Shown here piece after piece: positions 7,615-15,968 of a stretch of 59,638 bases of DNA (position 1 is the first letter of the stretch; every line of letters begins with the position of its first letter). The stretch spans positions 1 through 59,638 of IMG/VR virus record IMGVR_UViG_3300044645_001220; one strand, 5' to 3'. The DNA is from a virus (lineage: Duplodnaviria; Caudoviricetes). The position numbers and the translations under genes were made by a program. The notes below the pieces were generated by a model, which ran no database searches, was not told the origin of the DNA, and worked only from the letters and a program-made list of their open reading frames with translations.

Positions 7615-7887
7615 ATGGGTTCAAGGATTTTTGTGAAGCATCGCCGAACGCATGAGATCGTCGAACTGATGAAGGGCCGTGGCCATCGCCATCCCAAGTG
7701 GGTTTACAAGCAGATGGGCCTGAAGTCGGAAGAGGATATTCAGTGCGTGATTCGGTTCGTTGACGAGCCAGTCGCAAAGAAAAGCAGGAAGGACATGGAT
7801 GTTCTTGAAGCCCTGCTCGAAGAGTCTGGCGGTGAGTATGACAGCATTGGTGTTCTTGTCATCAGAGAGGAGGTGCCAAGTGCCTGA
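7615..7887 (+). CDS. Hypothetical protein
   Basis: SD AGGAGG; 90 aa. Confidence 0.75.
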   Translation: MGSRIFVKHRRTHEIVELMKGRGHRHPKWVYKQMGLKSEEDIQCVIRFVDEPVAKKSRKDMDVLEALLEESGGEYDSIGVLVIREEVPSA

Positions 7888-7969
7888 CCCCCAGCCGTGG
7901 TATATCAAACTCGGTTCGTGTCTTGTTGTTCTGTTCTGGATTGCTTTCTATCTCTGGTTCAGCCAGTAA
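7880..7969 (+). CDS. 29-aa single-TM peptide
   Basis: GTG after GGAGG; hydrophobic stretch LVVLFWIAFYLWF. Confidence 0.55.
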   Translation: MPDPQPWYIKLGSCLVVLFWIAFYLWFSQ

Positions 7970-7978
7970 GGGGGAACG

Positions 7979-8257
7979 ATGGTTGTCGATGTTGCGTTTA
8001 GAGTTTGGAGAAGCGTCGAAGAAACTCCGAAGGGCGAGCAGTCCAGCGAGACGTTTGCAGACGTAGAGTCTGCGGCAGCGACCGCCTGCAAGTGGAATCG
8101 CAAGTCGAAGGCAACGCTTCATATAGTCATGCTTCGAGCAGACGGATCGATCGTGACTGACAGGGTTGCAATCACCACGACCAGAGCCACGAAGACGGCC
8201 TTGTCGATGGTGAAGAAGGCGGCTCTCGCTGGGGAGATTGACTTCGACGGCGAGTGA
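7979..8257 (+). CDS. Hypothetical protein
   Basis: 92-aa ORF with a purine-rich SD. Confidence 0.7.
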   Translation: MVVDVAFRVWRSVEETPKGEQSSETFADVESAAATACKWNRKSKATLHIVMLRADGSIVTDRVAITTTRATKTALSMVKKAALAGEIDFDGE

Positions 8258-8291
8258 GTTTTAGTTTCGTTCACGTTCACGGAGAAAGGCG

Positions 8292-8459
8292 ATGGACAAG
8301 TCAATCAAAGTCGGAACGCTGGTTAAGACGGAATGCAAGTGGGGAAACCCATCAAGGGTTGATAGAGTCGCAAGCATCACCGTCAACTCTCTCGGAACTA
8401 CGATCTATATCCTCAGAAACGGAGGATGTTTTTCTGCCAGGGAGCTTTCGATCGTCTGA
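8292..8459 (+). CDS. 55-aa hypothetical protein (MDKSIKVGTLVKTEC...)
   Basis: Translated by hand; SD TCACGGAG at 8277-8284; not in the ORF track. Confidence 0.65.
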   Translation: MDKSIKVGTLVKTECKWGNPSRVDRVASITVNSLGTTIYILRNGGCFSARELSIV

Positions 8460-8496
8460 CTTTTTCAATGGCTCATTCATTTAGAGAAAGGGAATC

Positions 8497-8883
8497 ATGG
8501 GCAAGAAAGCATTGGTATTTGACGACAATCGAGGGCTTGTTTACGGGGTCATGGCCAACTGGGCAGAGGCAAGTTGCCCTGTGCTACAACTTGCAGGCGA
8601 ACCGACTTCGCCCGACGAATGGGAGTGGGTGTCAACTCCGTTTCAGGTAGCCGACTTCCGCCACGATCCGCATGATGCACTTCGATGGGCGATGGACGAC
8701 TCTTCATCCCCTTGGGACAGCACCGGAGACGATGAAGCAGACAGCGACTCGCTTGAGAAAGCGGTAGCGGCAGCGAAGTGGTATAACGAAGACGGAACTC
8801 CAGACGAAGATGATTCCATCAGCAAGGAGGCAGACTGGGTTGCGGAAGGAATCATCACGAAGATCCTGAGCGAAGACAAGTAA
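8497..8883 (+). CDS. Acidic hypothetical protein
   Basis: 128-aa D/E-rich ORF with SD. Confidence 0.75.
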   Translation: MGKKALVFDDNRGLVYGVMANWAEASCPVLQLAGEPTSPDEWEWVSTPFQVADFRHDPHDALRWAMDDSSSPWDSTGDDEADSDSLEKAVAAAKWYNEDGTPDEDDSISKEADWVAEGIITKILSEDK

Positions 8884-8936
8884 CCACAAGGGCCGGGGCC
8901 TCCAGCGTTTTTTTGAAACCACTTTTGGAGAATAGG

Positions 8937-9146
8937 ATGAAGTTTGAAAACAAGCTAGAACTAGAAATTCAAAAACTAAAGATTGGGCAGTCGTATTCGT
9001 GGAGCCTAGACTGGACAACGAAGGTTACGCGGGCCGCAACGCATCTGTACTGCGTGAGTGTAAAAGCACCACAATTTGAAAAAGCAGCAGAGTTTACGGG
9101 TTCGCTGAGTTTCTCCTGCGATAAACTGCGAGCGTGGATTCGATGA
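8937..9146 (+). CDS. Hypothetical protein between 20-bp direct repeats
   Basis: SD GGAG; AT-richer than its neighbours. Confidence 0.6.
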   Translation: MKFENKLELEIQKLKIGQSYSWSLDWTTKVTRAATHLYCVSVKAPQFEKAAEFTGSLSFSCDKLRAWIR

Positions 9147-9174
9147 TAAGCCACGAAGGAAACAAAAATAGCCG

Positions 9175-9207
9175 GGGCCTCCAGTGTTTTGCTGGAGGCC
9201 CTTTTTT
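9175..9207 (+). terminator. Intrinsic terminator ending the early operon
   Basis: GGGCCTCCAG/CTGGAGGCCC stem followed by TTTTTT. Confidence 0.85.
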
Positions 9208-9210
9208 ATT

Positions 9211-10170
9211 TCACGGCGAGATCATCTGAAACTCTTTCGGCTTGAACTGCTTTCTCGCTCGACGCTGACCGATCGCGAGTGCCTCATGGAGGTTGTGAGA
9301 GGCAAGCATCGCCGCCGCAATATCGGGACGGCTTGACGCCAGACATTCGCTGACCTTCTGGTAGTTCGCATACACTTCTGGATTGCGTAGCTGGTTGGGG
9401 TCAGTCACCTTCAGGATTCGGTAGCACAGTTCAGGTGCAATCATCCTCCTGAAGCCGTTGCCGTGGGCAAACCCCTCGGTTTCTCTATTGCGATTGGCAG
9501 GCATCAGGTTGATATGCTTGCTGCATTCTGCATCAATCTCGTGGCACGTTCGGTATTCGAGCAGCCACCATTCAGCGAGCTTCTTTGCAGCCTGCCTTGC
9601 TGGTTCGTCCCAGTACAAAACGCGACCGCTCTTTTTTCCCTCAACCCTTATGCCGAATGGGCAGTTCTTCCCACGAAACGCACTTGCATATACGCCCATG
9701 CGGATTCTTTGCTGGAGTCCCTGCCTCGTGCGCGAAGAGATCATCGACGCCTCAAGCTGCGCGAGAGCAGCCATCATCGACAGCATGAAGTCGCCCATCG
9801 GAGTACCGACTGACACGCTACAGCCACGCATATCGACGATATGCACGCTGATTTGATTGCTCTTGAACCACGACATCAGGCGAACAAAGTCTTCCATCGA
9901 TCGCCACATTCGGTCCAGCTTGTCGATAATCAGGTGATCCCCAGGCTTCATGACTGCAATGAGAGCCTTCCCGGCAGGGCGCTCAGCGAATCGAAACTTC
10001 GACGCCGAGCATTGCTTGCCGTCCTGGTGAATCCCTCCCCACGCTACGCCACTGGCCTTCAACATCATGCCGTAGTAGCCCTCGATCCGGTGGGCTTGGG
10101 CAGAAATCGATTCCCCCTCCTGGAATCCCTCCAAGTGGCTAATCCTTGCGTACCCGTATGCCGTCGCCAT
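9211..10170 (-). CDS. Serine recombinase (resolvase-type catalytic domain with extended C-terminus)
   Basis: YGYARIS (catalytic Ser), ERPA, GDHLIIDKLDRMWRS, AQLEASMISSRT, PFG. Confidence 0.92.
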   Translation of the reverse strand: MATAYGYARISHLEGFQEGESISAQAHRIEGYYGMMLKASGVAWGGIHQDGKQCSASKFRFAERPAGKALIAVMKPGDHLIIDKLDRMWRSMEDFVRLMSWFKSNQISVHIVDMRGCSVSVGTPMGDFMLSMMAALAQLEASMISSRTRQGLQQRIRMGVYASAFRGKNCPFGIRVEGKKSGRVLYWDEPARQAAKKLAEWWLLEYRTCHEIDAECSKHINLMPANRNRETEGFAHGNGFRRMIAPELCYRILKVTDPNQLRNPEVYANYQKVSECLASSRPDIAAAMLASHNLHEALAIGQRRARKQFKPKEFQMISP

Positions 10171-10414
10171 TCCTCACCCCTTTCTCTTTGGTGATGTTTT
10201 CCACAAAACTCTCGTACATCTTCAGGCTTGACGCCATTCCGCCAGGAAGGGTCACTGTTTCCAGTTTCACATAAACGTCTGCACCCCTGATCTTCGTCCC
10301 CTTTATCGCCCATCGTCGGACGGAAGCATAAGAGTGGGGGTACGGAAGTATCTTTGCTAGATCGCGGAGAAGCAACAATCGATCCTGCTCAGTGCCGCCA
10401 GTCGATTCCGCCAT
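10139..10414 (-). CDS. DUF1580-like winged-HTH protein (possible excisionase or regulator)
   Basis: ASVRRWAIKG...VKLETVTLPGG..SS....F pattern; family characteristic of Planctomycetes. Confidence 0.75.
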   Translation of the reverse strand: MAESTGGTEQDRLLLLRDLAKILPYPHSYASVRRWAIKGTKIRGADVYVKLETVTLPGGMASSLKMYESFVENITKEKGVRNGDGIRVRKD

Positions 10415-10455
10415 TGCGACTCTCCGTCTTGCGAAAACTTGAATTTGCTTCCATA

Positions 10456-10484
10456 TTCTTAAATCAAATGGCGTTTAGTGTCAA
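10456..10484 (-). promoter_or_regulatory. Possible sigma70 promoter for the HTH-recombinase operon
   Basis: TTGACA-17 bp-TAAGAA on the minus strand; weak -10. Confidence 0.4.
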
Positions 10485-10556
10485 GCGATTTCTTTCTCTG
10501 GCAAATTGTGGCTAGGCTTTCGGCATTGGTGACAACAAAACCACTGGAGAAACCGA

Positions 10557-11678
10557 ATGTCTGGCGAAGAAGAACTCGACGGCGAAGTAGGATCTGCATT
10601 CACTGACGCAATGTCAGTCGCTCAAGGCGAACAGCCGCAGGCCACCCCCGATGTTCCGCCAGAGGCACCTCCAGAGGCACCGCAGCAGCCCGACTATTCC
10701 GATCTTGTAGGGCTGGCTCAGCAAGTCGGCATGAGGGTTGACGGAAATGTTGACCCAGCACAGATGGCAAGGGAAGCACTGGCGGAACTGCAACGTCAGC
10801 GACCATACGTCGATTACGCAAGGCAGATTGCCCCGCACGCGCAGGAGTTCAATGCCTACCTTCAGCAGAGAACCCAGGCCCAGCAGCCACAACCCACCCA
10901 GCAACCACAGCAGAATGAATTTGACCCAGACGAATATCTCAACCAGCAATGGGGCGCTCCAGGGTGGTCCCCAAACTGGGACGAAGCGGTTCGCCGTGGG
11001 GTAGTGCAGCAAGACCCAGACAGCGGCCTCTATGTTGCGGCCCAGGGATACGAGGTAGCGACGGCCAGCCTTGTCGCGGAAATGAATCAAGCACGAGCAG
11101 CCCAGCTTGCCCAGTGGCAGCAGCTTGGAAAGCAGAATCCATACCAGTCGTTCTACAAGGCGGTTCAAGAACCACTTCGCCGACAGTGGCAGAACGATGT
11201 CAAGTCAGAGATCGAGAAGTATTTCTCGCAACAAAGAACCCAGACTGCGATCGAGCAGTTTGAATCCCAGAACGCAGGGTGGCTTTACAGTCAGGATGCG
11301 TTCGGGAATGTCTCCGCTTCCCAGGATGGGCAGCGTTTATTTGATGAACTGCGAACCCTTCAGGACGCCGGGGTGCAAGATCCTCAGACGAGGCTCAACA
11401 TTGCACTCCGATCGACAGGACTCGCAGCCAAGGTATCGGGGTTGCAATCGCCGCAACAGGTTCCCGCACAAGCGGCACCTCAAGCGGCACCAGTGGCAAA
11501 CCAAGCCGCTACTCCGGGGCAGCAACCCTTTTTGAGATCCGCCCTGGAACGAGCCAGCCATGCTCCCCAGATGCAGCCGGGTGTTGGTCAAACCCCGCCT
11601 GCTGAATCTGTGCTGATAACTGAAGGCGAACTGAAAAACATGTTCGCGAATGAGTTCCGCAGAACAAGAGGTGCATGA
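10557..11678 (+). CDS. Putative capsid scaffolding protein
   Basis: Q/P/A-rich, acidic, immediately upstream of and overlapping the capsid gene. Confidence 0.65.
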   Translation: MSGEEELDGEVGSAFTDAMSVAQGEQPQATPDVPPEAPPEAPQQPDYSDLVGLAQQVGMRVDGNVDPAQMAREALAELQRQRPYVDYARQIAPHAQEFNAYLQQRTQAQQPQPTQQPQQNEFDPDEYLNQQWGAPGWSPNWDEAVRRGVVQQDPDSGLYVAAQGYEVATASLVAEMNQARAAQLAQWQQLGKQNPYQSFYKAVQEPLRRQWQNDVKSEIEKYFSQQRTQTAIEQFESQNAGWLYSQDAFGNVSASQDGQRLFDELRTLQDAGVQDPQTRLNIALRSTGLAAKVSGLQSPQQVPAQAAPQAAPVANQAATPGQQPFLRSALERASHAPQMQPGVGQTPPAESVLITEGELKNMFANEFRRTRGA

Positions 11679-12787
11679 TGGCTGACGAATGGATTGGAAT
11701 AGTAAAGACGACTCAACCCAAGTACATGAAAGGTGCTTCGGATTTGACGATCCGCAAGCGACTTTTCCTGGCGATGCTTCAGAAGCGGGGCCGCATCGAG
11801 ACGAATCATTCCGGTACGGAACTGCGATGGCAGGCTGAATACTCTCAGCCTCCCGTACAGACGCACGCTGACGGTGGTGTCGTGGATTTCTCCAACCACG
11901 ATGCCTTTAAGCAGCTTGCGATTGACTGGCGTGGGTACTACGCGACCGACACCATGTCCCGCAAGCAGCAGGAAATGAACAAGGGCAATGAAGCCCTCAT
12001 CAACCTGTTCCAAACCAAGTCCAACCGACTTCAGAAAGCGATCACCGATACGTTCTCGGCAGAGCTTTACAAGGACGGGGAAGCAGCAGGCCGCGAGTCT
12101 GCAATCCACGGCCTCGAAACTTTTCTGGCCGGTTCGGCCACCGCCGCCGATAAGGTCGCCCGACCGAACGATAGCTACGGCTTGACCGCACTATCCACGG
12201 TTCCCGGTGCGGCTGGTGGTGCGTGGTCGAGCGGCCTTGCGACTCCCAACAATGCCGCCATCGGGACCGACTGGCCCGATGGGCAGGGAGATTCCGAGTA
12301 CGATTACCTCTCACCAAAGTTGGTGAACTGGAGTAGCACCAACTGGGGAACAAGCTCGACCGCATGGGAAGACAACGCTTGGCGCGTGGTTTCTCAGACG
12401 ATCACTTGGCTCACCACGACTGGCGGCGAAGACGGAATGCCTCAGTATTTCGGCTTGGCCTCCAATCTTTTCCAGGGGTACAAGAACGCTCAGGAAGTCA
12501 AGACTCGCATCATGGTTCCTCACAAGGAAGCAAGCGATCTCGGCTTCGGTCAGGCTCTCAACCAGGACGGGTGTGCCCTGTACTCGGACTTCGATTGTCC
12601 AGTCAATACTGGCTACGCCCTGAACCTTGCACACATTACTGTGTGCAGCCTGTTCCCCCAACTCCTGTGGATGGAAGGTCCAGACAAAGATCCTCGATCT
12701 CTGTGGTCCTACCTCTGGGGCGTCGGGTTCTACGGCAACGTCAAGTACCAGCCAAAGCACGTTGCCAAGCTGTTCAACTACGCCTGA
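11675..12787 (+). CDS. Major capsid protein
   Basis: 370 aa; N.G.EALINL...K and LY.DG....I.GL patterns typical of HK97-fold coat proteins; position after scaffold. Confidence 0.8.
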   Translation: MMADEWIGIVKTTQPKYMKGASDLTIRKRLFLAMLQKRGRIETNHSGTELRWQAEYSQPPVQTHADGGVVDFSNHDAFKQLAIDWRGYYATDTMSRKQQEMNKGNEALINLFQTKSNRLQKAITDTFSAELYKDGEAAGRESAIHGLETFLAGSATAADKVARPNDSYGLTALSTVPGAAGGAWSSGLATPNNAAIGTDWPDGQGDSEYDYLSPKLVNWSSTNWGTSSTAWEDNAWRVVSQTITWLTTTGGEDGMPQYFGLASNLFQGYKNAQEVKTRIMVPHKEASDLGFGQALNQDGCALYSDFDCPVNTGYALNLAHITVCSLFPQLLWMEGPDKDPRSLWSYLWGVGFYGNVKYQPKHVAKLFNYA

Positions 12788-12845
12788 TCGATAGCGATCC
12801 GGCGAGTTTGGTTACGATTCACAAGAGTTTTCTGGAGACAAGACT

Positions 12846-13481
12846 ATGAGTACGGTAACTGTGCTGCCCAAGCAGGGGCAGACCTTCTTCGGGGGAGAAG
12901 TCCCCTCGGCAACGGCCTTCGGGCAGACCGTTGCACTGGAAGGTACGGTCAAGGAATGGCCCGACAACATCACCGTGGCAGGGCAGGGGGCCGATGGCCG
13001 TCGATCCGGTCGCACTCGGCACTCGCTTCTGGTTCGCAACACGGCGACCGTCAAGCTCCTGCCAAAGCGGGTGGTCAAGTGGCAGAGCGGGTTTCGCGGA
13101 CGGCGCGTAAACGGCTACTGCAACGTGTCTGACGAAGGGGTTGCCGGTGTGGTTGACGATGCAGTCGCCAGCGATGGCGTTGCAATCGGCGACCTTTTCT
13201 GGCTGTACCGCAGGGGTCCGACGATTGTGCGTACCGCATTGGATACGACCAACTCGCCAGTGGCCCTCGATGATATGCTGCTGGCAATTACCGCCGCAGC
13301 GAGTACGTCGACCACGGCTGGTCGCGTCTATCCCTGGACGGGATTGACTTCCACTGTCACCCAAACCACGGACGGAACCCAGTCTCGGCGCACGATCAAC
13401 AGGATCGGGCGAGCTATGTCGGCGACCACCAGCGGCAATACCGACAGCGACATCCTTGTCGATCTGATGCTTGACGACTGA
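12846..13481 (+). CDS. Putative capsid decoration/cement protein
   Basis: Follows the capsid gene; GVVDD and GDLFWL...GP beta-rich motifs. Confidence 0.6.
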   Translation: MSTVTVLPKQGQTFFGGEVPSATAFGQTVALEGTVKEWPDNITVAGQGADGRRSGRTRHSLLVRNTATVKLLPKRVVKWQSGFRGRRVNGYCNVSDEGVAGVVDDAVASDGVAIGDLFWLYRRGPTIVRTALDTTNSPVALDDMLLAITAAASTSTTAGRVYPWTGLTSTVTQTTDGTQSRRTINRIGRAMSATTSGNTDSDILVDLMLDD

Positions 13482-13504
13482 TCTCGACTGTGCGGATAAT
13501 CGTG

Positions 13505-13534
13505 AACCCTCCTCGGAAACGGGGAGGGTTTTTT
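13505..13534 (+). terminator. Intrinsic terminator after the capsid genes
   Basis: AACCCTCCTC/GGGGAGGGTT stem followed by a T-run. Confidence 0.85.
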
Positions 13535-13547
13535 ATGAGAGGAATCT

Positions 13548-13775
13548 ATGGCAATCGACGACAACAAACTCGATCATTGGTTCGGGCGAGTGGACCTTTC
13601 CGCTCTCACGGAAGATCAAAACAAAAAGATCGAACGCATCCGAGCGTCCTGCAAACTTGCAGCCGAATCAATCCTGAGAAACACTGAAGGCTGTGCCGAC
13701 CAGTCTTCGGCAATCCGCGAAGTGCGGAACGCCATGAGTACGGCAGTCAATCTAGTTATCCGGGGAAAGCAGTGA
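13548..13775 (+). CDS. Acb2/Tad1-like helical-hairpin protein (putative nucleotide-signal sponge)
   Basis: 75 aa; WF...Q......IR.....A..I....CADQSSAIR.VR.AM.TA pattern resembles the Acb2/Tad1 hairpin family. Confidence 0.6.
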   Translation: MAIDDNKLDHWFGRVDLSALTEDQNKKIERIRASCKLAAESILRNTEGCADQSSAIREVRNAMSTAVNLVIRGKQ

Positions 13776-15301
13776 AGAACCAAACAGTTGATGTTCTGAT
13801 TGCAGTTCTGACATACGGCGGAAACGGGGGCGTGGCAACATGCCTACCCTCTCACGCGACTTGGATTGCGAAGAACTACGCCGCGATGAAAGCCGACATC
13901 CGAATCGGCAGGGTCAGGGTCAGGCAGTTCGGGGATATTCCCCTGTCGATGGAGAGAAACCGCATCGTCAAGATGGCCAAGCAGGATGGCTTTGACGTAA
14001 TCCTGATGCTCGATTCTGACAACGTGCCCGATATGTACTTCGGTCACGATCCAAACGCCAAGCCATTTTGGTCAACGTCGTTCGATCTCCTGTACGAGCG
14101 CCTTACCAAAGGACTTCCGACTGTGGTGTGTGCCCCCTACTGCGGCCCACCTCCCGACCCAGTTCGTGGGGGAGAGGAGAACGTCTACGTTTTCTATTTC
14201 TCCAACCCGGAAACCGGAAGCGTCACCCCGCGACTGGCACCGTACACAAGAGAACACGCTTGCCTGATGAAAGGCATTCAGCCCATCGGCGCTGGCCCGA
14301 CTGGTGTGATTCTTTACTCGACCAGTGCATTTGATCTTATGCCAGTTCGCCAGAAGACTTCACGCCAAATCCTAGAGGACTACCGCAACGGAAGCGTTTC
14401 CCTGGAAAGGGCAGAGGAGCTTCTGAATCTGGAGTCGTGGTTCTTCTACGAGTACACCGACGCAGAGCAGACCCAGAAGGCGAGTACCGAGGATGTCACC
14501 AACACCCGCGAGATCCAGTTGGCAGGGATCATCAAGCATGGCCAGCCAGTTGTGTTCTGCAACTGGGACGCATGGGCTGGGCACTACAAGCCAAAGCTGG
14601 TTGGCCGTCCGTCGATCATCCCCATCGAGGCGATCAGCACCGTGTTTCGTGATGCTGTACGCAACAACATATCGGCTCACGACGAAGTGCAGATGCTCGA
14701 CCTGTACGATCCAGAGATTGACGGCAGGGTTGACCAGGACATGGGCGAGGATATTTCAGATCAGGTTGCGTATCTACCCGAAGATCAGCCTGCATTTTCT
14801 GAAACCTACGAACTTCTGGACGAAGTTATCCTGCAATACAAAAGGAAGTATTGCCCAGAGGATGACCCCTCCAAGCTCAGGATGCTTGAAATCGCCTGCG
14901 ATGACGGGATGCTGGTGAGTACGCTTGCCAAAAACCATGACGACATTGCGGTATTCTCACTTCGCAACGGCACCACTCCTGCCAAACTGATCGGCTCGGA
15001 GGTCAAGTGCATCGTTGTCAAGCAGGAGGATTTTGGAGCGTATGTCGCAAGCCTTCCTGACAAGGAGGTAGACATTCTCTTGCTCCACTCCCTGAAGGCA
15101 CCACGAGATGTAACGTGCCACGCACTTTCGCTAATGCTCACGAAGGTTCGGCCCGGAGGGTGCATGATCGTTGACACTTCCATGTCCTCAGCGTTCGACG
15201 ACTTAGCCGATCGAATCGATAGCGAGGAAGAAGTTGACACCTTTGAGGCGACAATCAATGCCGAAGGTAAAGCTGGGTTCCTTTGTATCGTCAAGCCATA
15301 A
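13772..15301 (+). CDS. GT-A (GT2-like) glycosyltransferase fused to a degenerate SAM-methyltransferase-like domain
   Basis: RNRIV, MLDSD (DxD), TGVIL, TED, GHYK; C-terminal MLEIA...DILLLH...KVRPGG. Confidence 0.7.
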   Translation: MKNQTVDVLIAVLTYGGNGGVATCLPSHATWIAKNYAAMKADIRIGRVRVRQFGDIPLSMERNRIVKMAKQDGFDVILMLDSDNVPDMYFGHDPNAKPFWSTSFDLLYERLTKGLPTVVCAPYCGPPPDPVRGGEENVYVFYFSNPETGSVTPRLAPYTREHACLMKGIQPIGAGPTGVILYSTSAFDLMPVRQKTSRQILEDYRNGSVSLERAEELLNLESWFFYEYTDAEQTQKASTEDVTNTREIQLAGIIKHGQPVVFCNWDAWAGHYKPKLVGRPSIIPIEAISTVFRDAVRNNISAHDEVQMLDLYDPEIDGRVDQDMGEDISDQVAYLPEDQPAFSETYELLDEVILQYKRKYCPEDDPSKLRMLEIACDDGMLVSTLAKNHDDIAVFSLRNGTTPAKLIGSEVKCIVVKQEDFGAYVASLPDKEVDILLLHSLKAPRDVTCHALSLMLTKVRPGGCMIVDTSMSSAFDDLADRIDSEEEVDTFEATINAEGKAGFLCIVKP

Positions 15302-15968
15302 AGAACGGTGGTGCGCTGCCTGTTGCAAACTGAAGCCCATCGGGGAGTTCGACGACTCCCTGGATGGGCCTTGGGTTCAGTGTGTCGCGTGCAAGGAGAC
15401 TGCCGCCAAGATGGAAGACGAAGCCAACGCCATCCGTCAAGAGAAGAAAGAGGCCGTCAATCTTTTGATGGATCTCGCCAACGCGAAAACCGCTCCCTCT
15501 CTGAATGAAACTCTTGGTGCAATCTGGGATAAGTTTGGCGGGGCCGAAGGGTTCGCCGACAAAATGAATCGGGTGATCGAGGACCAGCTTTCGAGGGACC
15601 GCATCCCGTACCAGACGGCGATGATTATGACGAACCTTCTGCGACTTCAGCTTCACGCAGAGCAGCACAAGGAAGCAGTTCGCGTCAACGATATGACGCA
15701 AGAGCAGATCGAAGCAGAGATCCAGCGAGAGAAACTGAAGTTCATGATCGAAGCCATGTCCGACCCAGACAAGGCAAAGATCATCCAGGGTATGCTCAAA
15801 GACAAGGGGCTGGAAGTATCTATCTCCAACACCTCTGTACCATCGGGAACCGTGATCGTTCACGAAGAAGAGGATATTCCCATCGAGGCCAGGGCATTGC
15901 TCTTGAACAAGATTCGCAGGGAGATTGAAGATGGCCAACCGCCTAAACGAACTGACGCTGGCTCTTGA
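15258..15968 (+). CDS. Zn-finger protein, terminase small subunit candidate
   Basis: CxxC...CxxC then helical region; directly upstream of and overlapping TerL. Confidence 0.5.
   Translation: MPKVKLGSFVSSSHKERWCAACCKLKPIGEFDDSLDGPWVQCVACKETAAKMEDEANAIRQEKKEAVNLLMDLANAKTAPSLNETLGAIWDKFGGAEGFADKMNRVIEDQLSRDRIPYQTAMIMTNLLRLQLHAEQHKEAVRVNDMTQEQIEAEIQREKLKFMIEAMSDPDKAKIIQGMLKDKGLEVSISNTSVPSGTVIVHEEEDIPIEARALLLNKIRREIEDGQPPKRTDAGS

Noticed and set aside
9211-10170. Recombinase as the integron integrase for the attC array
   Set aside because: It is a serine recombinase; IntI enzymes are tyrosine recombinases and none is visible in the genome
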